64,000 nt of DNA from an uncultured virus (IMG/VR IMGVR_UViG_3300038365_000169). Its lineage: Duplodnaviria; Heunggongvirae; Uroviricota; Caudoviricetes. Below, piece by piece: positions 18,598 to 28,265 of the stretch. The stretch lies in the IMG/VR virus record IMGVR_UViG_3300038365_000169; one strand, 5' to 3'. The translations under genes and the position numbers were made by a program. The number at the start of each line of letters is the position of its first letter. Position 1 is the stretch's first letter. The notes beneath the pieces were generated by a model that did not search any database, was not told the origin of the DNA, and saw only the letters and a program-made list of their open reading frames with translations.

Positions 18598-20577
18598 CTA
18601 GCCTATGTTGCCTCCCACCGTCTTGCTGAGGAACCTGCCGTATAGAATCGGCTGATAGGCTGTGTCCCAAACCTCAGAAACCCAAAAGTCCTCATTCTTC
18701 CAGTTTTGCCCCAGGTATGGCCCCAGCTGTGCTGGTGAGTTTACCCCGGCTGCTCCGGTAAATATGGGGGCTGCGCCGCCAACACGAACCATGGTGTAGT
18801 AGTGTGCGCCATAGTCATAGTAAATGCCCATGCTGAACTCTGAATGCCAGCAGTTCATCAGTATCGGCCTGCCAAGAATGTACTCCCCTACCTTGATGTT
18901 TTTGAAGCCAAATTGGTCGCCACGCCACCCGGGTAGCTTGGTGAGAATATCTGTGTCCGCATACTCATGCCCAGCCTCTATGAGGGAGCTGCTGCCGTCA
19001 CCCTTGCCTGCGCCGCTCACATACATCTCAGCACCGTAGTAAAGCTGAATGTTTAGGTCGCCACGTGCGCCTATTTGGTTCCTCATGGACTTGCTGTTCC
19101 CCTCGGTTATCACCTGGTATGGTCTGCTGGCAAGTATGTCAATACCGTCCTGCGCTGCCGTTGGTATGCCGAATTGGTTGTTGTTTAACGTCAGCTTGAA
19201 CGGTGCGTTTACGTTTACATCCAGGGTTTGCAGCGGTGCGATGTTGGGGTAGGTCTCCGTCTGTCCGTTGTCCACAGCACCCAGTATGTAGCCATATCCG
19301 TCCCTTCCGTAGTTTCCATACTCTGACGGAGTCATGTTTCTCTCCACGCTTAGCTCTAGAGGTAGGTACTCCATGTAGTACGGATGGGGTGGTGTGTACC
19401 TGAAGATGGTGGTCACGCTCGATGATGACTTGCTGAGCTGGTCGTACTCATAATGGTCAAAAACTTGATAGGAATACCAATGGTCGTTCCCTTCGTCATC
19501 CGTCCAGTAGTCCCACTCGGTGCGGTAAACCTCCCTCTCCTGGTAGGTGGCCTGTGAGGCCTTTATGAGATGTGTGAAGCTGTACTCCCTGTACTTGCTC
19601 TCATACTCCACAGGATACTCCGTTACTGTGTTGAAGTAGTTGTACCAGTTTGAGCCGCCCACACGGTTTGAACTGCCATATATGTTCTCTGTGCTTCTCC
19701 TTACAGTGCCGTTTTGCTCCACATATATCAGGGTTGTGTTGGGGTCTGCAGATGGTGGAGGTGGGACTACTGTGTCAAATTTGACCAAGCCCATCCCTAG
19801 ATACTGCCTGATGTTTGAGTTGCTGTTTATTCCGTTGGTGTTGATGCCGGATGGTGGCTTTAAAAGTCCCAGCCTGTCGTCAGGATCATTCGTATTGCTG
19901 TCAAAAGCAAGAAACATGCCGTTAGGCACAATACCGGCTGTAACGCTGCCAAGCCAGGTTCTGAATGCCATTCCGCCCTCGCTCAGTATGGCGAACTCGG
20001 TGGCTGTTAGAGCGTAAAACTGGCCGGATAGCTTCACCACAGCCATTGGCTCCACCAGTATCTTGTACTTTCCCTCACCGTTGGTTAATGTCGCTACACT
20101 TAGGCCACACCCGGTTGCAGAAATCCATTGGTTGATTGTATTTTCGCCAGTGAAAAAGGCTATTAGTTGTGCTTGTGACTTGCCCCTCCACTGAAAATCT
20201 GTTATCTCTGGAGAATAGGCAGCTGTGCTTAGGCTTAACGCTCCAGGATTGTTTCGTAGCTGTATCTTGTTGCTGTAGTTTCCGTTGTGAAAAATTATTC
20301 CATTCCACCCTGACCATCCGTTGTCCTGATTTACAGACTTGGGCATCATGTAGTCTGCAGCATGGCCCACAATGGAACCGTTTGTCTTGTCCACAAATGA
20401 GACACGATAGCCGGTTGCGTCCGTTCTCCAGTAGCTTACCCTGTTATCAGTATTTCCGGCGCTTCCGCCACCGGTGTCCACATTTCCATCACCGGTGGCA
20501 AAAGCTTCCGTGCTGAACCCAAGTGAAAGCAACAGAATCAAAAGTATAGATATTATTCGCTTCCTCATAAATTCCAC
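18598..20577 (-). CDS. Secreted/surface protein of Firmicutes conjugative-element type
   Basis: Signal peptide ending AFA; GDGNVDTGGGS...YW...GYRVSFVD N-terminus resembling clostridial ICE surface proteins. Confidence 0.6.
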   Translation of the reverse strand: MEFMRKRIISILLILLLSLGFSTEAFATGDGNVDTGGGSAGNTDNRVSYWRTDATGYRVSFVDKTNGSIVGHAADYMMPKSVNQDNGWSGWNGIIFHNGNYSNKIQLRNNPGALSLSTAAYSPEITDFQWRGKSQAQLIAFFTGENTINQWISATGCGLSVATLTNGEGKYKILVEPMAVVKLSGQFYALTATEFAILSEGGMAFRTWLGSVTAGIVPNGMFLAFDSNTNDPDDRLGLLKPPSGINTNGINSNSNIRQYLGMGLVKFDTVVPPPPSADPNTTLIYVEQNGTVRRSTENIYGSSNRVGGSNWYNYFNTVTEYPVEYESKYREYSFTHLIKASQATYQEREVYRTEWDYWTDDEGNDHWYSYQVFDHYEYDQLSKSSSSVTTIFRYTPPHPYYMEYLPLELSVERNMTPSEYGNYGRDGYGYILGAVDNGQTETYPNIAPLQTLDVNVNAPFKLTLNNNQFGIPTAAQDGIDILASRPYQVITEGNSKSMRNQIGARGDLNIQLYYGAEMYVSGAGKGDGSSSLIEAGHEYADTDILTKLPGWRGDQFGFKNIKVGEYILGRPILMNCWHSEFSMGIYYDYGAHYYTMVRVGGAAPIFTGAAGVNSPAQLGPYLGQNWKNEDFWVSEVWDTAYQPILYGRFLSKTVGGNIG

Positions 20578-20587
20578 CTCTCACTCT

Positions 20588-21721
20588 TTAGTTCATATTT
20601 CCAATTGGTTTGCCAGGATCGCTGGCATCATTAGGATTGTCTCCAATATCAACTCCGCCGCCCTCATCCTTCACGTAGCCGTAGCCGGGAACGTAGATGT
20701 AGCCGGGTTTGTCACCCTCTGGGCCCTTTTCAACCGTATCCTTGTCGGAAGGCTTGTACTCGGGTTTGGCGGGCTGCACGGGTGCGGGCTTTGATGGGGT
20801 TGTGTTGGCAGGTGGCTGGGTCGGTGTAGGTGTTTCCTTTACCACCGGAGGTACCTCCTGAGGTCTTACGATGTCAAGCACCCTGTACTCATTGTTGATG
20901 TTGCCGATTAAGGCTTCATACTTAAGATTGTTCAGGGTGAACTTTACAACAAAGTTTACCTCAATCTTTAGGTCCTTGTTCGCAGCAAACTCCCTGTTGT
21001 TTCCAGCGTCAATGCTCCAGCCGGAAAGCTGGTTCACATCAGCGCTGTAGAGTCCGTATGCAACAAACCTCTGCAGAAGCAGATCCCCGCTGCGATACAC
21101 CCCAACAAGCTCGTTTTGGTAGAAAAGGTCCGTTCCGATGGAGCCTGCCACGTCATCAAACTTCAGCTCCGTTGCCTTCACCTGCTTGGTGGCCTCGTCA
21201 TATTGGTCCAAAGGGCTGGTTTTGCCGTCAGGTCCCAGAAAGACGCTTTTGATGTCCACTGCATTTTTGTCCGCATGCTCCAGAGCCTCGAGGACCTCCT
21301 TTAGCTGCTCGCCGGAGTGCTCCCTATTCAGCCCCTTGTCCAGCTCCTGCTTGGCATACTTGACCGTGTTCTTCACCAGCTCAATTAGGCTTTTCTCGTC
21401 AGTTTTGATGGTGGTGTAGCTTACAACCTCCTGTACAGGGTCGTTCTCGGGGGTGCTTCCCTCCACCGGAATCTGCTCCAGCTCGTTCCCTTCGTCCTGC
21501 TGGTTGACATCCTTAACCATGCCGGGCTGCTCACCACTCTGGCTCTGGTTGGCTCCGTCGGGGCCACCGGCGAACATGGCACCGATGCCTCCGTTGGTGA
21601 GCCCCACAAAAAGGGCGATAGCCACCACAACCAGCAAGCAGGAGAGTCCAATGATTAGATACTTTTTGTTGATCTTCTCCCAAAAGCTAACGTTTGGGTT
21701 CTTGTTGTCCACAATCTTCAT
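20588..21721 (-). CDS. Membrane-anchored protein with Pro-rich linker and DUF6550-like C-terminus
   Basis: N-terminal TM; PTPTQPP linker; GYIYVPGYGYVKDEGGG...IGNM. Confidence 0.55.
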   Translation of the reverse strand: MKIVDNKNPNVSFWEKINKKYLIIGLSCLLVVVAIALFVGLTNGGIGAMFAGGPDGANQSQSGEQPGMVKDVNQQDEGNELEQIPVEGSTPENDPVQEVVSYTTIKTDEKSLIELVKNTVKYAKQELDKGLNREHSGEQLKEVLEALEHADKNAVDIKSVFLGPDGKTSPLDQYDEATKQVKATELKFDDVAGSIGTDLFYQNELVGVYRSGDLLLQRFVAYGLYSADVNQLSGWSIDAGNNREFAANKDLKIEVNFVVKFTLNNLKYEALIGNINNEYRVLDIVRPQEVPPVVKETPTPTQPPANTTPSKPAPVQPAKPEYKPSDKDTVEKGPEGDKPGYIYVPGYGYVKDEGGGVDIGDNPNDASDPGKPIGNMN

Positions 21722-21798
21722 AACTATTCCTCCTTATGCTGTTTGTTATGTTAAAACGGCCCCTATTGCACCATGAAGTGGCAGAGGACCCGTGTCCA

Positions 21799-23991
21799 TT
21801 AGTTTATTATTTGGTTTGCTGCATCCGTGTCAAGCCTTTGCTTGACGGGTCTGGTTAGGGTGCCATATCCGGAGCTGAGCTCCACAGCTTTGAATATGTT
21901 GTTCGCATTCCCAACGGCACCTATGGAAACAACATCAGCCCTCTCGCCCTCCTCCACTGGACGCAGCCCGTTCTTGTCCCTCTTGTAGGAGGTCATCTTC
22001 TTCGCTATCATCTGCAGGTTGAAATCATCCTGCTTGATGTTGGATTCCTCATACTGCCTCTTTAACCCCTCGTACAGAATCTTTCGCATCTCCTCCGTGG
22101 TGTGTGCCTCTCGCATCTCCTGCACTATCGGGCTGGTGCCCCATCCGTCCAGTGTGGCCATGATGATGGCTGCGGAGCTCTGCTTGCTCATGGATGCCAT
22201 GGTGCCGGTGTTGTGGGAAAGAAATGGGCCCACGTCATACACCCCGGTGTTGGTGGTGATGCATCTAACCCTGATGGGTTCGGCGCCAAACCTTTCAATG
22301 AACTCCAGTGGAACATGGGCGCCATATGGTGTGGCAATGTCCACCTCATGACCCTGGTTGACAGCCTCCATTAGCTCCTCTGCACATACCCAGCTGTCAT
22401 CCTCACCTGCCCCCACATCATTGCGGATCTCCTTGCTGACCTCAAACTGACCGTTCATCCTTTGGCCGTTTTTGTCATAGACATCTGCCATCACCAGATG
22501 GGTGTCAGAGCAGACAAGCTCAGCGCCAGATGCTACCATTCTGTAGCCAACCCTGAGGTCCCAGTCTGTTATGTCTAGAACCAGTGCACCGTTTGGGAAC
22601 TGGTCACCAAGCTCCAGCTCGGACCATGAGATGGTTAACGTTTTGCCCTTTCTGCTGATGTCAACCTCCTGATTCTCCCATATGGGGTGCTTCAGCTCCA
22701 TGCTGGCCTGCGTTAGGCCCTCTGAAAGGTTGGTGCTGATGACACCTCCAACCAGCTGGCCCTCCCTTACCACCTCCCCACCCTTGGTCATATGAGCGCA
22801 ATGAACGCATACATGACCGTTGGGAAGCTTGCAGTGCATGGCGTCCACATAGGGGCCACCGCAGTCAGACATCACCTGTGTGTCAGAAACTGCATAGAAA
22901 AGCTTTCTGGCCGTGTTGTGATGCACCATACCGTTGGTCTCGTAGAACCCGGTGTCGGTGCTGATGCAGCGAACAACCTCAACCCCAGCGTCCACAACGT
23001 CAAGTAGCTCCCTTTGCGTGCTGAGAAGAATTTTGGCCCCATGCTGATGCATGAATAAAATGTCCTCCGCGCACACCCAGTGGTTGTCGTCCTCGCCTAT
23101 GGCCTCACGTGCTCTCTTGCTGGCGGCTAGGTTCTCCACCCTCTCGCCGGCAATGATGATGTCGGCTAGAACCAGATGGTCATATGAAACCGTAACGGGA
23201 AGGCAGTCCATTACCTTTAGGGTCACGCACTGCTTCTCCTGCCAGTCACGTATCTCCTCCACGACAGAGCCGTCCTCAAACTGGTCCCCAACGTTTATGT
23301 CGGACCAAAATACGCTCCCAAGCTGTCCGTCCTCCAAAATGCCCACCTGGCTGTTCCTTGATATGCAGTAACCAGGTTTGCTGGTGCCGACACCCTTGGT
23401 GATCATGGCGATGCGTGCGTAGTACTGCTTGGCAAAGTACTCCCTTTCGGTTAAACCCTGCGCATAGCTGTGCTTTACGTCCACCATTTCGCCGTTATGT
23501 GTGGGAGTTTGGCCCACCTTGTCAAACATCTGGGTGATGGCGGATGTGCTGCCGCCCACACCGTACTTGTGCAGGTTGGTGAAGTATAACTTGTTTTTAA
23601 CATTTGTGTCCTCATATTCCTCCTCCCGGATGGGTAATGAGAACACAGGTGCGGCGTTAAAACCGATCTTGGATATTTCGTCAATCTGCTCAGGTGAGAG
23701 ATCTGCCATGACCTCCCTAAAGTTTTCCTTGGTAACCTTGCAGCCTGCAATTTCGTCAATTTGCTTCGCCAGCTGGTCTACCTCCTTCTGCGTGATCTCC
23801 CTGGCTACAGCAGCAGAGTCAAAAGTTCCGTCATCATGAGCTCTTTCCCCAATGCGTTTGACGAAATCCTCAGGGCTCTCACCAGCTTCCTGATGGGCAA
23901 CATGGTTGCACCTGCCATGACCCCGTAGCTCGGGAGGAGAGGTGCAGTAGGTCAGCTCGCCGTTAACGTTCAACGCTAAGGTTTTTTTCAT
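21799..23991 (-). CDS. RNA polymerase beta'-like C-terminal subunit (set 2) with N-terminal Cys/His tag and two mini-inteins
   Basis: SYAQGLTEREYF...AR...TSKPGY^TARKL (bridge helix); CVHC; GVISTNLSEGLTQASMELKH^TG (trigger loop); about 420 aa after splicing. Confidence 0.85.
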   Translation of the reverse strand: MKKTLALNVNGELTYCTSPPELRGHGRCNHVAHQEAGESPEDFVKRIGERAHDDGTFDSAAVAREITQKEVDQLAKQIDEIAGCKVTKENFREVMADLSPEQIDEISKIGFNAAPVFSLPIREEEYEDTNVKNKLYFTNLHKYGVGGSTSAITQMFDKVGQTPTHNGEMVDVKHSYAQGLTEREYFAKQYYARIAMITKGVGTSKPGYCISRNSQVGILEDGQLGSVFWSDINVGDQFEDGSVVEEIRDWQEKQCVTLKVMDCLPVTVSYDHLVLADIIIAGERVENLAASKRAREAIGEDDNHWVCAEDILFMHQHGAKILLSTQRELLDVVDAGVEVVRCISTDTGFYETNGMVHHNTARKLFYAVSDTQVMSDCGGPYVDAMHCKLPNGHVCVHCAHMTKGGEVVREGQLVGGVISTNLSEGLTQASMELKHPIWENQEVDISRKGKTLTISWSELELGDQFPNGALVLDITDWDLRVGYRMVASGAELVCSDTHLVMADVYDKNGQRMNGQFEVSKEIRNDVGAGEDDSWVCAEELMEAVNQGHEVDIATPYGAHVPLEFIERFGAEPIRVRCITTNTGVYDVGPFLSHNTGTMASMSKQSSAAIIMATLDGWGTSPIVQEMREAHTTEEMRKILYEGLKRQYEESNIKQDDFNLQMIAKKMTSYKRDKNGLRPVEEGERADVVSIGAVGNANNIFKAVELSSGYGTLTRPVKQRLDTDAANQIIN
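22210..22686 (-). mobile_element. Mini-intein 2 (159 aa, Pro1 start) in beta' trigger loop
   Basis: Starts PIWENQEV; block B CSDTHLV; ends VRCITTNTGVYDVGPFLSHN then Thr; removal restores MELKH-TG. Confidence 0.82.
22915..23367 (-). mobile_element. Mini-intein 1 (151 aa) in beta' bridge helix
   Basis: Starts CISRNSQV; block B VSYDHLV; ends VRCISTDTGFYETNGMVHHN then Thr; removal restores GY-TARKL; no endonuclease domain. Confidence 0.88.
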
Positions 23992-24100
23992 GCTTTATTG
24001 CACCTTCCTTTCCTAATGCTACCCTCATATGAAGGTTTGCATGAACAATACTCCTGTTTATAATGTTATATTTTACGTTCATAGATGATTCCCTTTCGCA

Positions 24101-26416
24101 CTAGTTCCAGTTTACACCGGTCATATCGACGCCTATGGAATGAAGCAGAGAGTTTAACTTCTGATGTGAGTCATAGGCCTCCTGGTGCCTTAAATAGTTG
24201 AGAATTTTGAGCCTGTCTGCGTCCGTAGATAGCAGAATAGCCTCCATTTCGCCCAATCGAACGCCCTCATACTCCTTGGTCCCGGAAAGCTCGTCTGCAT
24301 GTGAGCTCAGTGTTTTCTCGGCTATATGGTTCAACCTCATGACATACTCCACACCCGCTGTTGCTTCCACCTTCTTGCCGTTGGCAACCACTGTGCTGGT
24401 GCGGTTTATGCTGGGCTTGCCGTCAGAGTCTACATGAAGACCAACCTTGGCCGCTCCCTCATTGCATTCAAGCACCTGGCCAAGATTCTTCCTGCCAACC
24501 ACCCCAAGAGGGGTCATCACGATCTCTGCGGGTACTAACTTGCCGGTGCTTTCGTCCAAAATATGTGGCATCTCCTTGTCGGGTACCACCCTTGCCACCA
24601 CGCTTTTGCCGCCATGACGGTTGCTTAGCTTGTCGCCAACGGACATGGCATAGACGGTTTCCACCTCAAATGAGTCCTCTCCGACGCTCTTTACCACACC
24701 GCCGTACTTGACCTCGGTGCCGCCAATTTGCATCTTGCGCTCCAAACGTTGTCCAACCTTAAGAATGCCTAGATCCCTTTGGTCAAAACACCTGTACTGC
24801 TGAACTTGAACCGTGCCCATCTTGGCAGCAGCTGACTCAGAAATTTTAACCGCATCCTCAAAGCAGTCCTTGTCTGAGGTGTATGCCACCCTTAGGTTGG
24901 TTCCAATCTTGGCGCCCCTGATTTTCTCCCAGGCAGGTGTGGTCACTATTGGGTCCTCGCCACCCACTATCGGGCAGGCTTGGGTTAGATGCGCACAGGC
25001 CATGTTGGCACGTGATGGGTCGTCATGAAGCTTGTATGGAATGAAGTCGGATGGTGAAAGTGTGTCACCCTCTGGCTTCCTGTGAAGAAACCTGTCCTTT
25101 CCAATGTAGCCGCCAGATGCGCATGCCGTTAAGCCGACATTTTTGCCGCTGGATGCTACTAATGGGTCTATAATGCCCTCATGGCTGGGATGTGGAAGGC
25201 GAAGCTCATATGGAGCGCTGTCCTTGCTGTACCCGCCACGTCCGGTTAAGGAAATCTTCTGTGCCTGTGTGAGCGCAGAAATGGGGTTTAGGCTTTCGGC
25301 ATTTTGAACGTTGCTTCTGCCGACAAGGTCCTTTTTGATGTTTTCCGTTAGGTTTCTTTGGTAGAACAGTGGAAGTGTCTCCTCCAGCTGTTGCTCCGTA
25401 TACTCACCCTTGGCCTGGGGCTCGTTAACAACATTTCCCGCCTCACGAACCCTTCTTTGCTTCTCAAGATTTGTGCGGAATGTAACCCCCATACGGCGCA
25501 TTTGAAGCGCTATTTGCTCCTGAACCATGTCCTCATATCTGACCAACTGGCGCTTGCTGATGTCGCCAATTTCGTCCGGAGGAAGGCTTTTGAACTGGTC
25601 AAGATTTTCCTTTAGGTCTGGAAACCTCTCCAGAGCAACAGGGTCAATGTTGTCCAAAGCCCATATTTGGCCGCTCTCCAGGCCGGCGGTGTTTCCCGTC
25701 TTCCAGTAGTTTAAAACAGTTTCCTTAGGAACCACCTTGCCGTATATCTTTATGCCCTCAGCATCTGGATCCTTTGGTATCACCATGGCAACATGCCCGC
25801 TCTGCTGCTTGATGACAACATTCTCCGGATATGAGACCACACCTGCATTTCGCTGCTCAAGAACGGGTAAAACCCTCCATTTGCTGCCGTTGATGCTGAT
25901 GGTTCCGTCCTCCGCAACCACCGGTACCTCACCAAAGTCCACCTCATATATCTTGCCTCGAAAGCGGTACCTGGCCATTAATGCGTATGAGTTTTTGCCC
26001 TCAGTTAGTGACTGCTGGAAGTCCACCATCTCTGCCTCCTCCCATGTGCCGTCGCGCTTGCTGCCGATGACAAATGGGTTCTGAATGCTGCTGACAACCT
26101 CCTTCCAGTCTGGATCCCTTGCTATGCCGTACTCTGACACTAACTTAACGGTTAGCTCGGTGTTGTCAGGGATGGCCTTTACGGCCTTTAAGTGCTCCTC
26201 CATGCTGTACTGAAAAACCCTCTGATTCTTGGGGTTGCCAGACTCCTCGCCGTCCTGAGCGATGTCATTCTGTATGCTATCTATAAATTCATCAACGGAC
26301 TGCCCGTCCTGCTGATGGGCAACATGGTTGCATCGGCCACGCCCGCGAAGCTCTGGAGGGCTGGTGCAGTACGTTATGCGACCGTCCTCAGTTAGTGCTA
26401 ATACCTTGTTAGCCAT
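24101..26416 (-). CDS. RNA polymerase beta-like subunit (set 2) with N-terminal Cys/His tag
   Basis: NPISALTQ..ISLTGRGG, HPSHEGIIDP, HDDPSRANM...QACP, FEDAV, GDKLSNRHGGKSVV, PLGVVGRKNLGQVLE, RLNH, RLGEME. Confidence 0.9.
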   Translation of the reverse strand: MANKVLALTEDGRITYCTSPPELRGRGRCNHVAHQQDGQSVDEFIDSIQNDIAQDGEESGNPKNQRVFQYSMEEHLKAVKAIPDNTELTVKLVSEYGIARDPDWKEVVSSIQNPFVIGSKRDGTWEEAEMVDFQQSLTEGKNSYALMARYRFRGKIYEVDFGEVPVVAEDGTISINGSKWRVLPVLEQRNAGVVSYPENVVIKQQSGHVAMVIPKDPDAEGIKIYGKVVPKETVLNYWKTGNTAGLESGQIWALDNIDPVALERFPDLKENLDQFKSLPPDEIGDISKRQLVRYEDMVQEQIALQMRRMGVTFRTNLEKQRRVREAGNVVNEPQAKGEYTEQQLEETLPLFYQRNLTENIKKDLVGRSNVQNAESLNPISALTQAQKISLTGRGGYSKDSAPYELRLPHPSHEGIIDPLVASSGKNVGLTACASGGYIGKDRFLHRKPEGDTLSPSDFIPYKLHDDPSRANMACAHLTQACPIVGGEDPIVTTPAWEKIRGAKIGTNLRVAYTSDKDCFEDAVKISESAAAKMGTVQVQQYRCFDQRDLGILKVGQRLERKMQIGGTEVKYGGVVKSVGEDSFEVETVYAMSVGDKLSNRHGGKSVVARVVPDKEMPHILDESTGKLVPAEIVMTPLGVVGRKNLGQVLECNEGAAKVGLHVDSDGKPSINRTSTVVANGKKVEATAGVEYVMRLNHIAEKTLSSHADELSGTKEYEGVRLGEMEAILLSTDADRLKILNYLRHQEAYDSHQKLNSLLHSIGVDMTGVNWN

Positions 26417-26470
26417 AACTCAATCCCCTTTCTATAGCAGTAATTTTATGTTATATTTGAAGCACTATTC

Positions 26471-28258
26471 TCACTTATGGTCGTCTCCAAATATCAGCGA
26501 CTCAAGGCTGTCGTCAGCCTGCTTGTTGGACTTCGACTCGTCCCCAGAAATGCGCAGCTTTAGTGGCTTCCTTGGTGCCTCCTGCAGGTTGCCCTCCACT
26601 AACTGGTCATCCTGCTTGTGGCTCTCAACCTCCTGCAGATGCCTCAGTACCTCAGCCTCAGATTCTGTAATTTTGCCCTCCATCAAGTCTGCAAATTCCT
26701 CACGGTAGCTGCGGTCCATCTGTGGTACCTCACGCGAAATGGACCTTGAAACACCGGCATTTTGCTTCCTGGAAAGCCCCTGATCAAAGATGTAGGGTTC
26801 AAACCTGAAAACCTCACTCGTTATCTTTCGGTTCAAAGTGGGGTACTTGGAGATATAAATGGCCGTTGGCTTTCTGCCCTTCTCTGGGTCAGGCTTGCGT
26901 AGATTCATCAAAACAGCCTCAATGTCAGCCAGCTGCACGCCCGCAAACTTTTCGGCCGTATTTCTAGTGGCCCCTGAATAGACAATAAATGTGTTTATAG
27001 TGCCTAAAATGCTGTTTAAATAGGCTTCGTTCGTCTGTATGACAATTTGGTTGATGTCCTGCATGGAGAGTGTCGTTGCTATGCGGGCGGAGCGTCCTTT
27101 TTCCAATATATCCTTAATAATAAACGGGTTTTCCAGAGTGCCAAATTCGTCCACATATAGAAAGGTGTTGCTTCTGGGCGGTACATTTGTGAATTCGTCC
27201 AAAAGATCCCTAAAAAGCAGTGAGGAGAAGCTGGTTGCTATCTCCCTGTTGGAAGATATGAAGCTGACCACCAGAAGAAATTTGCTGTTCTTTAACCTGT
27301 CCAATGCCAGCGTCTTTTCGTTTTGAAAGGTAAACATTTTGTCCAGGGAGCTGGTGACCAAAATCTCCAGAAGCTTGCTAACCGTCGTGTATGCGTCATA
27401 TTCGTTATTAGCTGCCTGGTATCTCTTCATGTACTGGTAGTACTCGTATGTGTATGATATCTGGCTGACATCCTTGCCCTGCATTTCGGCCTTTTTGACC
27501 ATCTCGGCATATCTGTGGCTGAACTCCTGGATGGTCTTCTGCAGCAGTAGCTGCGTGGACGTCTTGTAGTGTGCGTCTGAACCGTCCAAAGACCACTTTC
27601 TCATGTTCATAACGCCCTCTATGCGCCCGGCATTGTTCAAATTTCTGAGTGGGTCATAGTTAAAGTTGCTGGCCCCGGAGGATAGGTTGTAAACCTCATA
27701 ACCGTTGTTCAATGCGTATCTCTCCAGCTTGGCAATCTCCTTGGGGTCGCCCTTGTAGTCTGCAAATATGATGGAGTCCCCGTGCGCTATGTTCTGCCTC
27801 ATTAATGACATTATGCCGTAGGTCTTCCCGGAGCCGGTGCTTCCGCTGATTAATGTGCTGCCGGCAGCTGCAATTTCGCTGGATATGATGGCGGCACCGT
27901 TGTACTTCAGCTGGTAGCTGTTGTATGGTAATACCCTACCAATGACCCTATTAGCCTTGCTTTTGTCCACGGCTATGGGCTTCAGTAGGTTAAAGATCAA
28001 CCTAAGGGAGAGGACCCTTCCAGTGAAGTCATAGGAGATTCTGTTGGCAATGACCAGATAAAGGGTCATGCTCAACGTTGCCGCAGCAAACCATAGCGCG
28101 GAGGTCCAGAAGGAATCCAACGCATTCACCCTGTACCATAGCACAACCGTTATGGGCAAAACTATGGACAAAGTGAACATTCTAGTGCATTTACGGCATA
28201 GAATTAGCGCCATAATGTAGGTTAAAAATATGACCAATGCATGCACCAATTCGTACAC
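26471..28258 (-). CDS. VirD4/TraG-like type IV coupling protein
   Basis: N-terminal TMs, GSTGSGKT, DYKGD, YDPL, YVDEF, KGRSARI..TLSMQDINQ. Confidence 0.8.
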   Translation of the reverse strand: MYELVHALVIFLTYIMALILCRKCTRMFTLSIVLPITVVLWYRVNALDSFWTSALWFAAATLSMTLYLVIANRISYDFTGRVLSLRLIFNLLKPIAVDKSKANRVIGRVLPYNSYQLKYNGAAIISSEIAAAGSTLISGSTGSGKTYGIMSLMRQNIAHGDSIIFADYKGDPKEIAKLERYALNNGYEVYNLSSGASNFNYDPLRNLNNAGRIEGVMNMRKWSLDGSDAHYKTSTQLLLQKTIQEFSHRYAEMVKKAEMQGKDVSQISYTYEYYQYMKRYQAANNEYDAYTTVSKLLEILVTSSLDKMFTFQNEKTLALDRLKNSKFLLVVSFISSNREIATSFSSLLFRDLLDEFTNVPPRSNTFLYVDEFGTLENPFIIKDILEKGRSARIATTLSMQDINQIVIQTNEAYLNSILGTINTFIVYSGATRNTAEKFAGVQLADIEAVLMNLRKPDPEKGRKPTAIYISKYPTLNRKITSEVFRFEPYIFDQGLSRKQNAGVSRSISREVPQMDRSYREEFADLMEGKITESEAEVLRHLQEVESHKQDDQLVEGNLQEAPRKPLKLRISGDESKSNKQADDSLESLIFGDDHK

Positions 28259-28265
28259 CTCCCCA

